From NCBI GenBank assembly GCA_964036045.1, contig OZ038379.1:2418001-2482000 (forward strand): DNA of 64,000 nucleotides, written 5' to 3'. A program made the position numbers and the translations under genes. Under the pieces are notes generated by a model. That model had not been told where the DNA came from and did not search any database. It saw only the letters and a list, made by a program, of their open reading frames with translations. This document shows, in pieces, positions 33,401 to 44,910 of this stretch (positions are counted from its first letter, which is position 1; the number at the start of each line of letters is the position of its first letter). Origin of the DNA: Eutreptiella sp. 'Long Island Sound 2002'. Taxonomy: Eukaryota > Protista > Euglenida.

Positions 33401-36400
33401 TCAAGCCAATATACTTCCGATCCAACTTTTGCAACACCACAAGTTCGGCTGGCAAACGGACCTGGAAGAAGCGCAACCAAGTGCCAACAACCCAGAAACA
33501 GAGGGCAATGGAGAGGGTTTTTGGTCATTCTTGTGGAGAAGCAAAAGGCCCGGCCGTTCCGAACATGCGAGCGGAATGGGGGCTAGCTGGGATGAGGGTA
33601 CACCGAAGGGGGCACAGCCACCAGGGTCGGGAACGCAATGGACCCGGCGCCTCATGTTCCATGAGAGGTTCCGGTGGCACACGCACAACGTCCGCGCCAT
33701 CCAAGCGGGCGGATCCTCGCCAAGAAAAGGAGGAGAGGGTGGTTCTCGGACTGCCCAGAGGCAGGAAGCAATATGTACTTATTGGCACCGGAGTAGGTGT
33801 ACAAAGTACGAGTGCTAGCCTCAAGCCTGTGGGTGCCGGAGGTGAGACGTTGGGAGCCGGAAGTATTCATCATCGGGGAGGGCATCAACTTCACAGCTGA
33901 GGACACAACCAGATTGATGCAAAACTTGCATAAGGCAAACGTGATTGCCGAGCAAGTAGGCATCCGGCTGTACAAGGAGTAGAAGCTGGAAGCCATGGGA
34001 GAAGTGGACAAGCCCCACCCGCGGGTGACAAAAGGGCGTGGAAGCGCTCCGTCGCAAAGTTCCGACAGCGTCAAGGTGAAGGGGTGCAACTTGATCAGCG
34101 CAGTGCCGAGCACAAAGCCGCAACCCGGAACGCACCATGGCATGGCCTAGGCCTTGAAGCAAGATGGACCGAGACCGGGCGCCAAGTGACTCAGGAACCC
34201 AAGGGACGGGCAACACTGCGCCGGGAAAAAAAAAAAGAACAAAAAAAAAGCAAAAAGCCTGATGGAAAGGAGAGTCTCACACCATCAACGCAGCTCAGCC
34301 GGGGAGGAGAAGATCCTCCAGCCACCGAGACTCACACTGGGGAGCCGCGGCCCCAAGTGATACAGCAACAAGGCACAACGATGTGGTTCAAGGTATGGCC
34401 GTGGATGGGCCTCTAGACACTCCCGCCCAATGGAAACGGCGCCACAGTCTCCTTTGGATGCGCCCCGGCTATCACAACGCACAGCGAGCTTTCTCGCCGG
34501 CGGAGTAGGGGGCAAGGCCAAACACCAGGCAACGGGAAGGCAACCCCCGCACTTTTATAGCCAGGGTGGTACCCAACACCAACCGCTCAAGCCCAATGAA
34601 GTCAACACGTGCACCGAGTTCTTCTCGGGGGGTCCAACGGGGCCTCAGCAAGATGCCCGATGAGGTAACGCAAGCCCACTGGGGGCCGCGCTCTCAAGGG
34701 AGTGACCACGGCAGTAAGCCCCAGCGTGCTGGCACTGAGAAGTGAGCAGGGAAGAGACATCTTCCCTCGCGTAGCGACTCAACCAAAAAAGGGACGCACC
34801 ACGTTGTCAAGCGGCCGGACCAGGCCAGGATAAGGGGGCCAGCAAGGGGCCCATCACAGCTCCACCCAACACGGGATAACACCGTCAACCCAGCAACAAC
34901 TCGCTCCTATGTGGAGGTGGTCTGGGGAGTCGCGCCAAGAAGTGGGCGGCCAACGACGACAAGTGGCCCACCCCACAGCACCCGCTACATCCTACTCCTC
35001 CGCGCACCCACACGCACCCCACAACACCCATCCGCTCGCGGGGCACCAGCGCTCTTCAACGCACCGCACCCGGTGTGCCGCCCAACACCCACCGTGGCGT
35101 GGAGCTGCCCGTTGCCACCCAACAACGGACAACACCCGCAACAACCCACACCCACACACGCCATGGGTGGCCAACAGGACGCAACACGCGCAGCAACGGG
35201 ATGAAGGAGAGGGTAGGGGGTTTGTGTTGCGCTCGCCAAAGGAAGGACTAAGCGCGGGAACTTGGAAGCAAAAGGTTGTTACGTGCCCCCGTCAGGGAAA
35301 TGACCCCGCAAGTGGCCATGCGAGGGCCCACCAGCCGCCGTTGGGGAGAGGTATTCCACTGCGGGCTTGGGGTGGCCGCTTGGACGCACCTGGCCAATGG
35401 CGAAGGCATTTGCCTTCCTCTGCGTGGACTCGACGCAGAGAAGTGAAACAGGGCAAGTCCGGGGGCTCCGTTGGCACAACCGACCAAGGGAATGGGAAGG
35501 GAAAGAGTGGTGTGAGGCCGATGGGCACTGTGGCCTATGGAGGGAAAGGCCAAGGGAAAGGAAAGGGTAGGGGAGAGGGACAGCTAGGGCAGGGAGGAAG
35601 AGGAAGGTCACAGGGTGGTGAGAGGCCGATGGACACCACCGCCTATGGAGGGAAAGGGTCCAAGGGAAGGGCAGCGAATGGCGATCGGCCAGTAGGTGCC
35701 GCCAGCTGCAGACGACATCATCACACCATGGATGGCGTCATGCCAAAACCCCCCTCCATTTGCAACCGATAGCCTGGGTTGCAGTTTTCATATGGGTTGT
35801 CGGGCGCATGATACTAGGGTCTACAAATGTACAATTGCGTGATTTGCCACCCCAAACTCTGGTGAGGTTGGCTTGCAATTTGAAAGTTCCATGCACAGTA
35901 GTGCAAGAGGTGGAACATTTGTACGATGTGGTTACTGAATCCAAGGGGCTGTCAACCAGCTGTGTGCATGCTATGTCATTTTGTAGTCTCAGGAGCATTA
36001 TACACCATTTTTGCCTTTGGCTACATCCCGTCCACACCCTGCGTCCCACTTCCTGCCGGCGAAATGGTGAATTTGTTTGTATTGCTAAATATTAGCCTGC
36101 CTTTACATTGGCCAACCTCGCGTTTGGCAGAATTTTTGTAGGTTGTGTGCCAACAGTACACTCAAGCAGTGGCACCTGCGTCACGTGATCAAACACGTAA
36201 TAGATTGCTCGAGGCATCTTTTCCAAGTGTAAGCCACCCGTCAACCCCATGCTGCACACCATTTTGCCCCGTGTGTTGATGTTTTGATGAATTTCTTTGT
36301 GCAGAAGAAACACACCTGCAAAAATTGAATGCCGAGGCACAAGTGCCAGGCAGTGGTAGGCATTTGCATTTCTCTTCTCGAATCAGGGAGTGGTTGCAAG

Positions 36401-39400
36401 CCCATGTGGGGAGATCGTTGAATCTTATCACACTGAAAATGGTCCCACTATTTGGTTTGTACGCCAGAGACCAGTGTAGGAAGGCGAAGCATGATGGGCC
36501 ACGACAATGGTATACCAGTCCACAATTTCCCACTCACACTCCCAAGTGAGGTTGCAGCCCGCATCGTGAAATCACTATTTAGCTTTGGCCAACCATGCAT
36601 TTTTGAAGCGCCAATTCAATTGGCGGGTGAGTGGTGTGCAACATGCACACCATTCTTGAAGCGCCAATTCAATTGGCGGGTGATTGGTGTGCAACATGCA
36701 CACCAAGCTGTGTCGTGTGCCTTTCTTCGTGTTGCCGAGTTGCAACGCATGGCCTAGGGAATGGCTCGAGGCAAGCGTGAAATGTGTCTGCGCCACAAAG
36801 AAACGCATTGCACGTGTGCTCCCAACAAGAGTTGCCCGAAGGCGCGTGCATCGTGCATCTTTGAAGAAATAGCCCTTGGGAAAGGACTTGGGTGCAAAGA
36901 TTGAGTCTGCAGTGGAAGTTGTGGGTGTGTTTGAAGCTGATGGTTTCAACCAAGCCAGGGAAATATCTTCCCTGTTGCGCTCCACCGATGCCACGTGGGC
37001 AACATTGCTCAGCAAGTTGTAGTCAACATGGTGTTGTGCTTTTCAGATCTCTAGTGGCAATGTCCGTCACCGTTGTGCCGCCAAGCGCTCTCATAGCACT
37101 GTTGCGAAGCTCCACAAACTGAGAGTTGTTGTGTCCCACAAAAAAAAGTTCAAAAAGAGTCCTCAGTCTAGAATGTTGATGCACATTTCTCCAATTTTCT
37201 AGTTTGCCATTTTATTTGCCCACTATTGGTGACAATGAAAGCATATGGATATAAGGTACAGAAGCAGGCCTTCATGGTCCCCCGTATCGTGCTAAATCCC
37301 GATCGACTCCATTTTGACAGGTAAGTGACCTGTAGCTGGTATTGGTGCAAATAGCAGCATCACCATTTGGAAAGGATGGTGAAATGACTCTGGTTTCATA
37401 CGGGGGATGGGCACACAAGCCTAGGAATTAGGAAGTGAGAGTGGCATTGACATTTGAGCACATCGACAATGACGAGGTCTTCTCCATGTTGTTGTAGGAC
37501 TGCTAGCTTATCGTCATTCATTGAGGCTGAGAGGGTAAATGGTGCTGAAGCAAGGGTGGTGCAAAGAGCGAAATTACAGATGCTTTGTGCTTGCCCACTG
37601 GTTCAGCGCTCCCAACATCAAAGAGGCTCTCACTGCGCCGCGGTTGTTTTCGGTAGGCATTGTCAAATGCCATTGTTGGGACCACATACAGTGGCAAACC
37701 TATCATCAATTTAATGTCCAACCCTGAGGTTCGGGGTTCAACCATGAATTTTGACGATTTTTATGATGCACTACTACACTATCATCGATGGCATGAGGGA
37801 GGACATGCCCTTGAATACGCGTTTGACCATTGTGAGTACTTTGCGGTCTCAAGAGTTGCATCATGCTGCAGGTTTCTTTGATTTTCAATTGTGTAGCAGG
37901 GCTTATGTGACCCATTTGAATGGTTTGTGCACACCTGCAGAATACCCTAGCCCTCCATCATTTCAAACGTGCTCGGGTTTGTCAAGATGTGGAGTGCTGC
38001 AATACAATTGCTTACTATGGACAAATGGAGGATCCTTTTTCAAAATAGTAACAACTTTTTTCCCACTTTCCTCTTCATCACGCTTTGATGACATGAAACT
38101 CCCATCATTTGCATAGATGGGGTTGTCTAAGAAAGGGGAGATGACACCCCCACTGAATGGGTTGTTGGCAAACAATAACAGCTCCAGCTCCAACTCCACC
38201 ACGTCTAGCTCCGACAGTAACGAAACAAGTTCTAACTATGATTCACCGGATTCATTTGATGTGTCTTCTTTTTCAATGGCATAATACCAATTGTGAACGG
38301 GAGGCCTTGGTGGGGTGTTGCATCCCCTCACCCCCCGTGCTTTCCGATGCAACTAGAATTGACCAGACACAAACACCACCACCGTCTGGGTGGGGGGGGG
38401 GGGTATGCTGGACAACATACGGTAGGTTAGGAAGGGGGGGGTAGTGGACATCCGTGCCCCCCCCCCTGGGCACAACCCAATTTTCGAGCACCCCGGTATT
38501 GGCCTCGGTGGTGCTCCGTACTCCGCGCCATCGTCATGCCCCACAAAGTTCCAGCATGGACCGCCATGATGGCGCTGTATGATCTTGGGGTAGTCAATGC
38601 GTACCTCACCGTGGGGTATGGGGTATGGGAGAAAGTTTTCCGGTAAAATATCCGGTCAAAGAAATAATCAACCTCCTTGTGCGGGTTTCAGGGTTTTGCT
38701 TAGTGTCCGTCCTACCCTACCTTGGGGGGGGGGGGGTCTGGCAGAATTTCAGGGTCCCCCCAGGGTAGGGTGGGACTTTGTGGGGGCCTTGGGTCTATCG
38801 AGCCAGTGCCACTTCTTTCTTTCTTCTGTTGCAGGTTCCGTGTAACATGTTTATTTACGGTGTGTTTACATGTCATTGCATATCACGTGTGCATGCCCCA
38901 CGCCCATAAAGGGGCTAGGATTCTTTGTGGTTTGTGCCGGATGCGATTAGACTGACATGATGGTTGTTCACCTCTGTGAAAAACTTGGTCTTATGTATTG
39001 CATGTCTCAGTTGGGTACGTGGGTGGGTGGGTGGGTGGGTGGGTGGGTGTCAGACCCCCCCCCCTGGGGGGGGGGGGGGCATTTGTCGGTCTGTGGGTAT
39101 GCCAAACTTATGGGTGGGAGGGTCCCTGAATTAACCCCCCCCCCCTAGGGTGGCTAAGCAAAACCCAGGCGGGTTTGGTGGCTCTGGGACCGCCTGGTAC
39201 GCATTGACTACCCCAAGATAATGGCGATAGGGGGTAGGTCAAGGAAATGCACCATCCAAGTGTGGAGGATATGGGGTGGTGCCCCGGGTTCATTGTGTCA
39301 GATAACATACATCATGTTCTTGGAGGTGGGCATCAAGGGTGACTCTACGAGCATGGTTTCTGCGATGCTGGAGTTGGAGTTGGAGGTGGAGCTAGTGCTT

Positions 39401-41436
39401 GAGTTGGTGTTGGAGCTGGAGCTAGAGTTGGAGCTGGAAGCATGTGCCGAAGTCCCTCTGTGTGCAACACAATTAGGACAAAACCAGGAATGGTTAGGGA
39501 CATGGGTAAGAGGAGACACACACCATTGTTGGTGATACCCAATTGTGGAGGTATGGTCCCCGTCACACAACAAGATGTCATTGCCATCGATAATCTCCCC
39601 ACTAAGGCATTTGGCGCAAACAACGTTTGACTCACTATCCTCGGGATCATTTTGCAACACCTCCTCCACATGGGCAACTTCGACCTCTTCCATGGGCATG
39701 CCATGCTGCTCGCGTATTATTTGGATGTAGTTGTAGACTCTTTGGACCAATTTAGGTGTTAGACCATTGCTACAAACACCTTGCGTCAGTCGAACTCTTT
39801 TCAAGTTAGAGACTGTACATTGCCCGTTAATGTTCAATGAACCTGCAATTGACGAAGGAGGCGCTTCACATCAAACAAAACCCCAAAAGTGACCTTACCA
39901 CATCGCCGTTTTAGATGTGCTTCAGCCTTCAAAAACTCTAAAACACGGCAATGTGTAAACCGCTGTTCCACTTCAGCAACCTTTGACTCATTGTGACAGA
40001 TGTCCTGGTGGAGACTGGGCTGCAATGCCTCGTGACGACCCTAACTGGGGTGGACTCGCAGGTGGACCCCCCATTGTCTCCATGGCTCAACCCGGATCAA
40101 CAAGTGTACATTGTAGCCAAGGCGCGAGGGGCGCCATTACACAACCCGCACACGGTGTGGTGTGAGGGGACACCGGGTGCGTAGTACTAACCTACAACCA
40201 AGTGTGCAAGGGCAAGATACCTTGTCCCTCGGAGTGGCCAAAGGGTGTGGTCTGTGCGGAAGAAGTCTCCTAGTTGGTGGTATCCCAATGTGACACTTGC
40301 ATTGTGGATGGCCAAGAGTTGTTCGCTTATGATGTCTCCATAGGGGTGATGCATGGTAACCGCCATGGTTGGGGGTTTGAGTGCCATGGTTGGGGCTTGT
40401 AACTTGGCTCCATGCACCAAAAGCTGCATCTCCCCCAAGCAGCCTTTTGAAGCCAGCCATGGGCCTACTTGCAGATCCATGAGGTGGCTCACACGTAGTG
40501 CCCCAAGGCCACCACCGCACACACCCCTCCCACACACAGCGCCCGGTATGTCACATTGTAGTGCTCCTGCGCCACTTGAAAATGGGAATTGGCCCACAAC
40601 TCTTGGCGGAACCAATTGTGGAGGGGGTTTACCTGTCACAAGCAAAGGGCATGGCCCAAGCTGAGGCCTCCTCGGCCACAAGGCACCATGGAGCCTGGTA
40701 TGGGCATGGTGGGATGCTTGGGTATGGGCATGGTGGGAAGTGCTTGTGGTGTGTTTGTAGCATTTCACCATCAATACGCCATTGGCCTTGTGCATGATCG
40801 CTGTGGGGTGGGAAACACTTGCCGTTTGTGAACAGCTTGCTGCAGATCTTGGTGTCTAGGACTATGGAAGTGGTGTTTGGGGAGACGCCTTGTGGGCACA
40901 TGTGCCCCCAGATTGCTGCCCTAATGTGGTCTGAATGTGTGTGGATGTGTGGATGTGGGTGTGTTAGCATATGTTGTGTGTTGTGTGTGTGCATACTTGT
41001 GTGTGTGTGTGTGTGTGGTGCAATGTGCCGGTTACAGTGTGTTTCAGTCAGGACCACTGGTCTTGTATGTATAGTGTGTTTTCGATTGTATAAGCGATTG
41101 GAGCCTTGTTGCAAAGGCTTACCCTTCAAGGAAGTCAACGATATCAGTGAGACGCCACACCAAGGTGCTCGATGATGGAGTGGGATGAATTGGGTTGCAG
41201 TAGGCCTGGAGCACCACTCACTACTTGTGTGCTGTTTCGCCTTTTGTTCGCCGCCGGCAGTGCTTTTGTGTGTGTGCTTGTGTCTGTACTGAGTGTTCTC
41301 CCCCTTGTAGCCAGCCTGGAGTGGTGCGGGTTGCTCTGCGCTGTAGAAGGGGACCTAGTGGCGTTTGACATGTCACTGACGAGGTTTCTGTACACTTTGG
41401 CTGACTTCGATCATCGACCTGATTGTTGCGTATAAC

Positions 41437-41470
<34 letters not shown>

Positions 41471-44400
41471 ATCCTGTGGGCAGATGGGACTTTGGGCAGA
41501 TGCATAGCCCGGATGGTCAACACTGCATTCTGGGACGGAGGACACAGCACTTTCTGGCTGCTTCCTTCGAGCTGCTGGTGGCGGGGGTCACAGGCACCCA
41601 GGGACAAGAAATTGATTGACTGTGGTGGTAGACTGGATACTGTGCATCTTGTATGCCACGTATGCTGTACGCTGTATTCCCAGTTCCACGCCACTGCCCA
41701 TTGGGGTGTTTGTCCCTCAAGTGGGACTTTTGGGGTCTCCGAGCGGGGATCCTGAAGGGGGGGGAATTGTTGCACAACGGGATGGCTGTGCTTGCGAAAA
41801 CGGCAGTGGGCCTGGCATAGAATGTAAGGGCCCCGAACGGGTTCTGAAGTACCGTGAAGAGGCCTCTCTCTGCCTGAGGCGTTGCCGCAAGGCCGTTGGA
41901 GCAGGGCGTGAAGCACTCTCCGATCTCGTACGCCTAGACATTGCCCGGCGGGTTCACGGGCCCGGGCCGTACAGGGCTAAGAATGGGATCGTTGGGGTAT
42001 GGGGGATAAGAAGGTCACGACCGGGCGGTGGCCTCAAGTGAATAGATGCAGTCTGTGACGCGTTTTCGAGAAGGTCAACAGCGAGGACTTCAACGCACTG
42101 TGCACTGCAGTCCCCCGTCTGCTTTGCAGGTTCTGGTGGCAACGGACGTGGCAGCACGCGGCATGGACGTGTCTGGGGTTGAGCTGGTGCTGCACTGCGG
42201 ACTGCCGGTGACGCAGCACTCTGCTGCCCGGCGAGTGGGTGGGCAGGGGGTCAAGGTCTGTTCCGATGAAGTGCGCTGTGTTTGTGTGTGTACGTCGTGT
42301 ATGTGTCTGCATGCGTGCGAGCGCCTGCCCGACTGCGGGATTTGCCAAGGGCACTGGTAAGCGGCGGCCCTTTCCTTCCCCTGCTGGTGGAAACCCGCCT
42401 GCTTGCCATTGCCCTTACTTCCATCGGTGCGCATGCCCTTGCCTCTGCCCGTGCCCCTGGTTGCGCCCCTGCCACTACCGTTGCCTGTGCCCCGACAGTG
42501 TCCCTGTCCCTGTCACACAAGTACGAAGGGTCGGCCATCACGTGTCCAAAGGGGCCTTTGATATGCGGTGAACTCGACTTCGTGTTCGATCACAATTCCG
42601 CAATGCCCCGTAACGTACACCTACGGGCCAGCGCTCCCGCCAGTGCGTGACATGGGGTCTACGCAGTTGGTTGTGGGCGATGCATTGCAGGGGCTGTTCC
42701 TTCGCACCCTTTCGAGCGTGGGTGAGCTGCGCGGTAATGCAGAGCTGGGCGAGGCTCCATGACCTTGTTCTGCGAGTTTTGCGCCTGGTCTGATGATGGG
42801 GGCGGTCTGATGACAGCGGTGCACGTCAAGTAGCGGAGGGGCTGTGTCGGGGCAGATCAGAGGCGCAGCCATCATCCCTTCAGCCACGTCCTGCATGCAT
42901 GGCACTTGCTGATTGCTGGGAGGCACTGGCGTCGCCGGTGTATTTTCTCTTGGCTGAGTGCGATGGTTTGGCTCACGCACTGATGAACGTTTGGCACTCG
43001 ATGTCCATTGCTTTGTTGCTCCGTGTCTTGTTTGCCGAGATGCGTGTGTGCGTGTATACGGGAAGGGATTGTGTGAGGGTTTGCGGGCAGCACTGTCTTT
43101 TGCGACGGTCTCTTGGCATCTTCTCACAACCCCAGCACTGCCACAATTACCGGAGACCTGCGACGGCAGGCGTTCAGTCCACAACGACCACTCTCGGTCA
43201 AATGGTGTGCGGTGTGTTTGGGTGGTGGATGTGTGGCTTTGGGTGTGGGGCGGTCTACGTACGTGTTTGAGCATAGGTGTGCAGCCGTGTGGGTGTGGGC
43301 GTGGGTCTCGGGGATGGGGATCCGAGTCGATGTGTACTGCGTGCGGCTCGCCACAGATCCACATCGAGAATTTCACGCACCGCTGCGGGCGCACGGGGCG
43401 CGCCGGCAGCCTGGGCACTTCCCTCCTCCTCTACGACCCCGGCGCCGGTGAAGCCAAGCAGCTTCCGAAACTTGCGGCCCGTCTCAACATCGTCTTCCAG
43501 CGCACCCACTGCCCGAGTGCCGAAGAGGTCGCGGCGGCGTACGCCGCCGGCTCTGCTGGACACGTGCGCCGCTTCACGGGGGGCGCCGAAATGTTGCCCG
43601 ACGCGTTTGCGGGTCAGGCCGAGCGGCTGCAGGCGGAGTTGGGGGCAGGGGCCCTCGCAGCGGCGCTGGCGGCGCTTGCGGGCCTCAGTGCCATGCCGCC
43701 CTCCCGGTCGCTGTTGACCAGTCGTCCGGGGTTTCGGACCGTGCAGGCCGTTCCGGTGGAGGAGGACGGGGATGCGGAGGCCCCGGCGGAGGGCGAGGCC
43801 CAGCCCTCAGGTCTGCGTCCCAAAGAGGTCTGTCCCTTGCAACGCCCCCTCCCCCCCCCCCATCCGACCAAGGGAATGGGAAGGGAAGGAATGGTGTGAG
43901 GCCAATGGGCACTGCGGCCTACGGAGGGAAAGGCCAAGGGAAGGGGAAGGGAAGGGGAGAGGGAAGGTTAGGGCATGGAGGAAGAGGAAGGTCAAAGGGT
44001 GGTGAGAAGCCGATGGGCACCACCGCCTATGGAGGGAAAGGGTCCAAGGGAAGGGCAGCGAATGGCGATCGGCGATCGGCGCCGCCAGCTGCAGACGAGA
44101 ACATCACACCATGGGGTCATGCCAAACCCCCCCCCCCATCCCGTTGTGAGGACTCGCACACAGGCTCATGCCACAGACTCGCGCCCCGTGCATCCCTCGT
44201 TCGCAAGCCCCACGGCACTCCCGATGGTACACTTCCCACGTCGTTTGCGTTGGAAAGCTCCCTCCAAACTTTAAGGTCTTGGCAGTGGCTGAATGCGAAA
44301 CCTGTCAGCTCTGGTAGGGGAACGGAGGCCAGGGGAGCAGGCGGCCATTGTGAATGGGTCTGTGGTAAACTTAGTCAAAAAATTTTCAAACAAATTGTTT

Positions 44401-44877
44401 ACTAAGTTCTGAAACTTAGTAACAAAAACGATTTCACTAAGTTTTACTTTTGCGGGTGGGTGTTTTACTAAGTTTCAAACTCAGTAGAATTTTTTTCCTG
44501 CTAAGTAAAAAGTTTAGTAAAAACCGTTTTTCCGTCTAAGTAACGGAAAAATTAAAAAAGCTTGTTTCCTTCCCACATTGGGGACCCTAAGACAGTAGGG
44601 GCTATACAGCCACTTTTGAGTTTGTCCCTGCTGAGGGGACCCCCAAGACGGCGAGGGGTACGGTGGCATTTTTTGATTTGGTCCCTGATTGGGGGACCCC
44701 CAAGACGGCAGGGGGATGTAGCCATTTTGCCCCCCTCAATGTTCTGCGGGAAATGTGTAAAGCACATCCAAAGGCTTCACAACCTAGCCCCAAAGACACT
44801 AAGGCGAACCTCAGCGACAAGCGTGTTTTTGGTGATTGGCTATAAAAGAACACATCTTCCATCTTTCTCTTTCTCTC

Positions 44878-44910
<33 letters not shown>

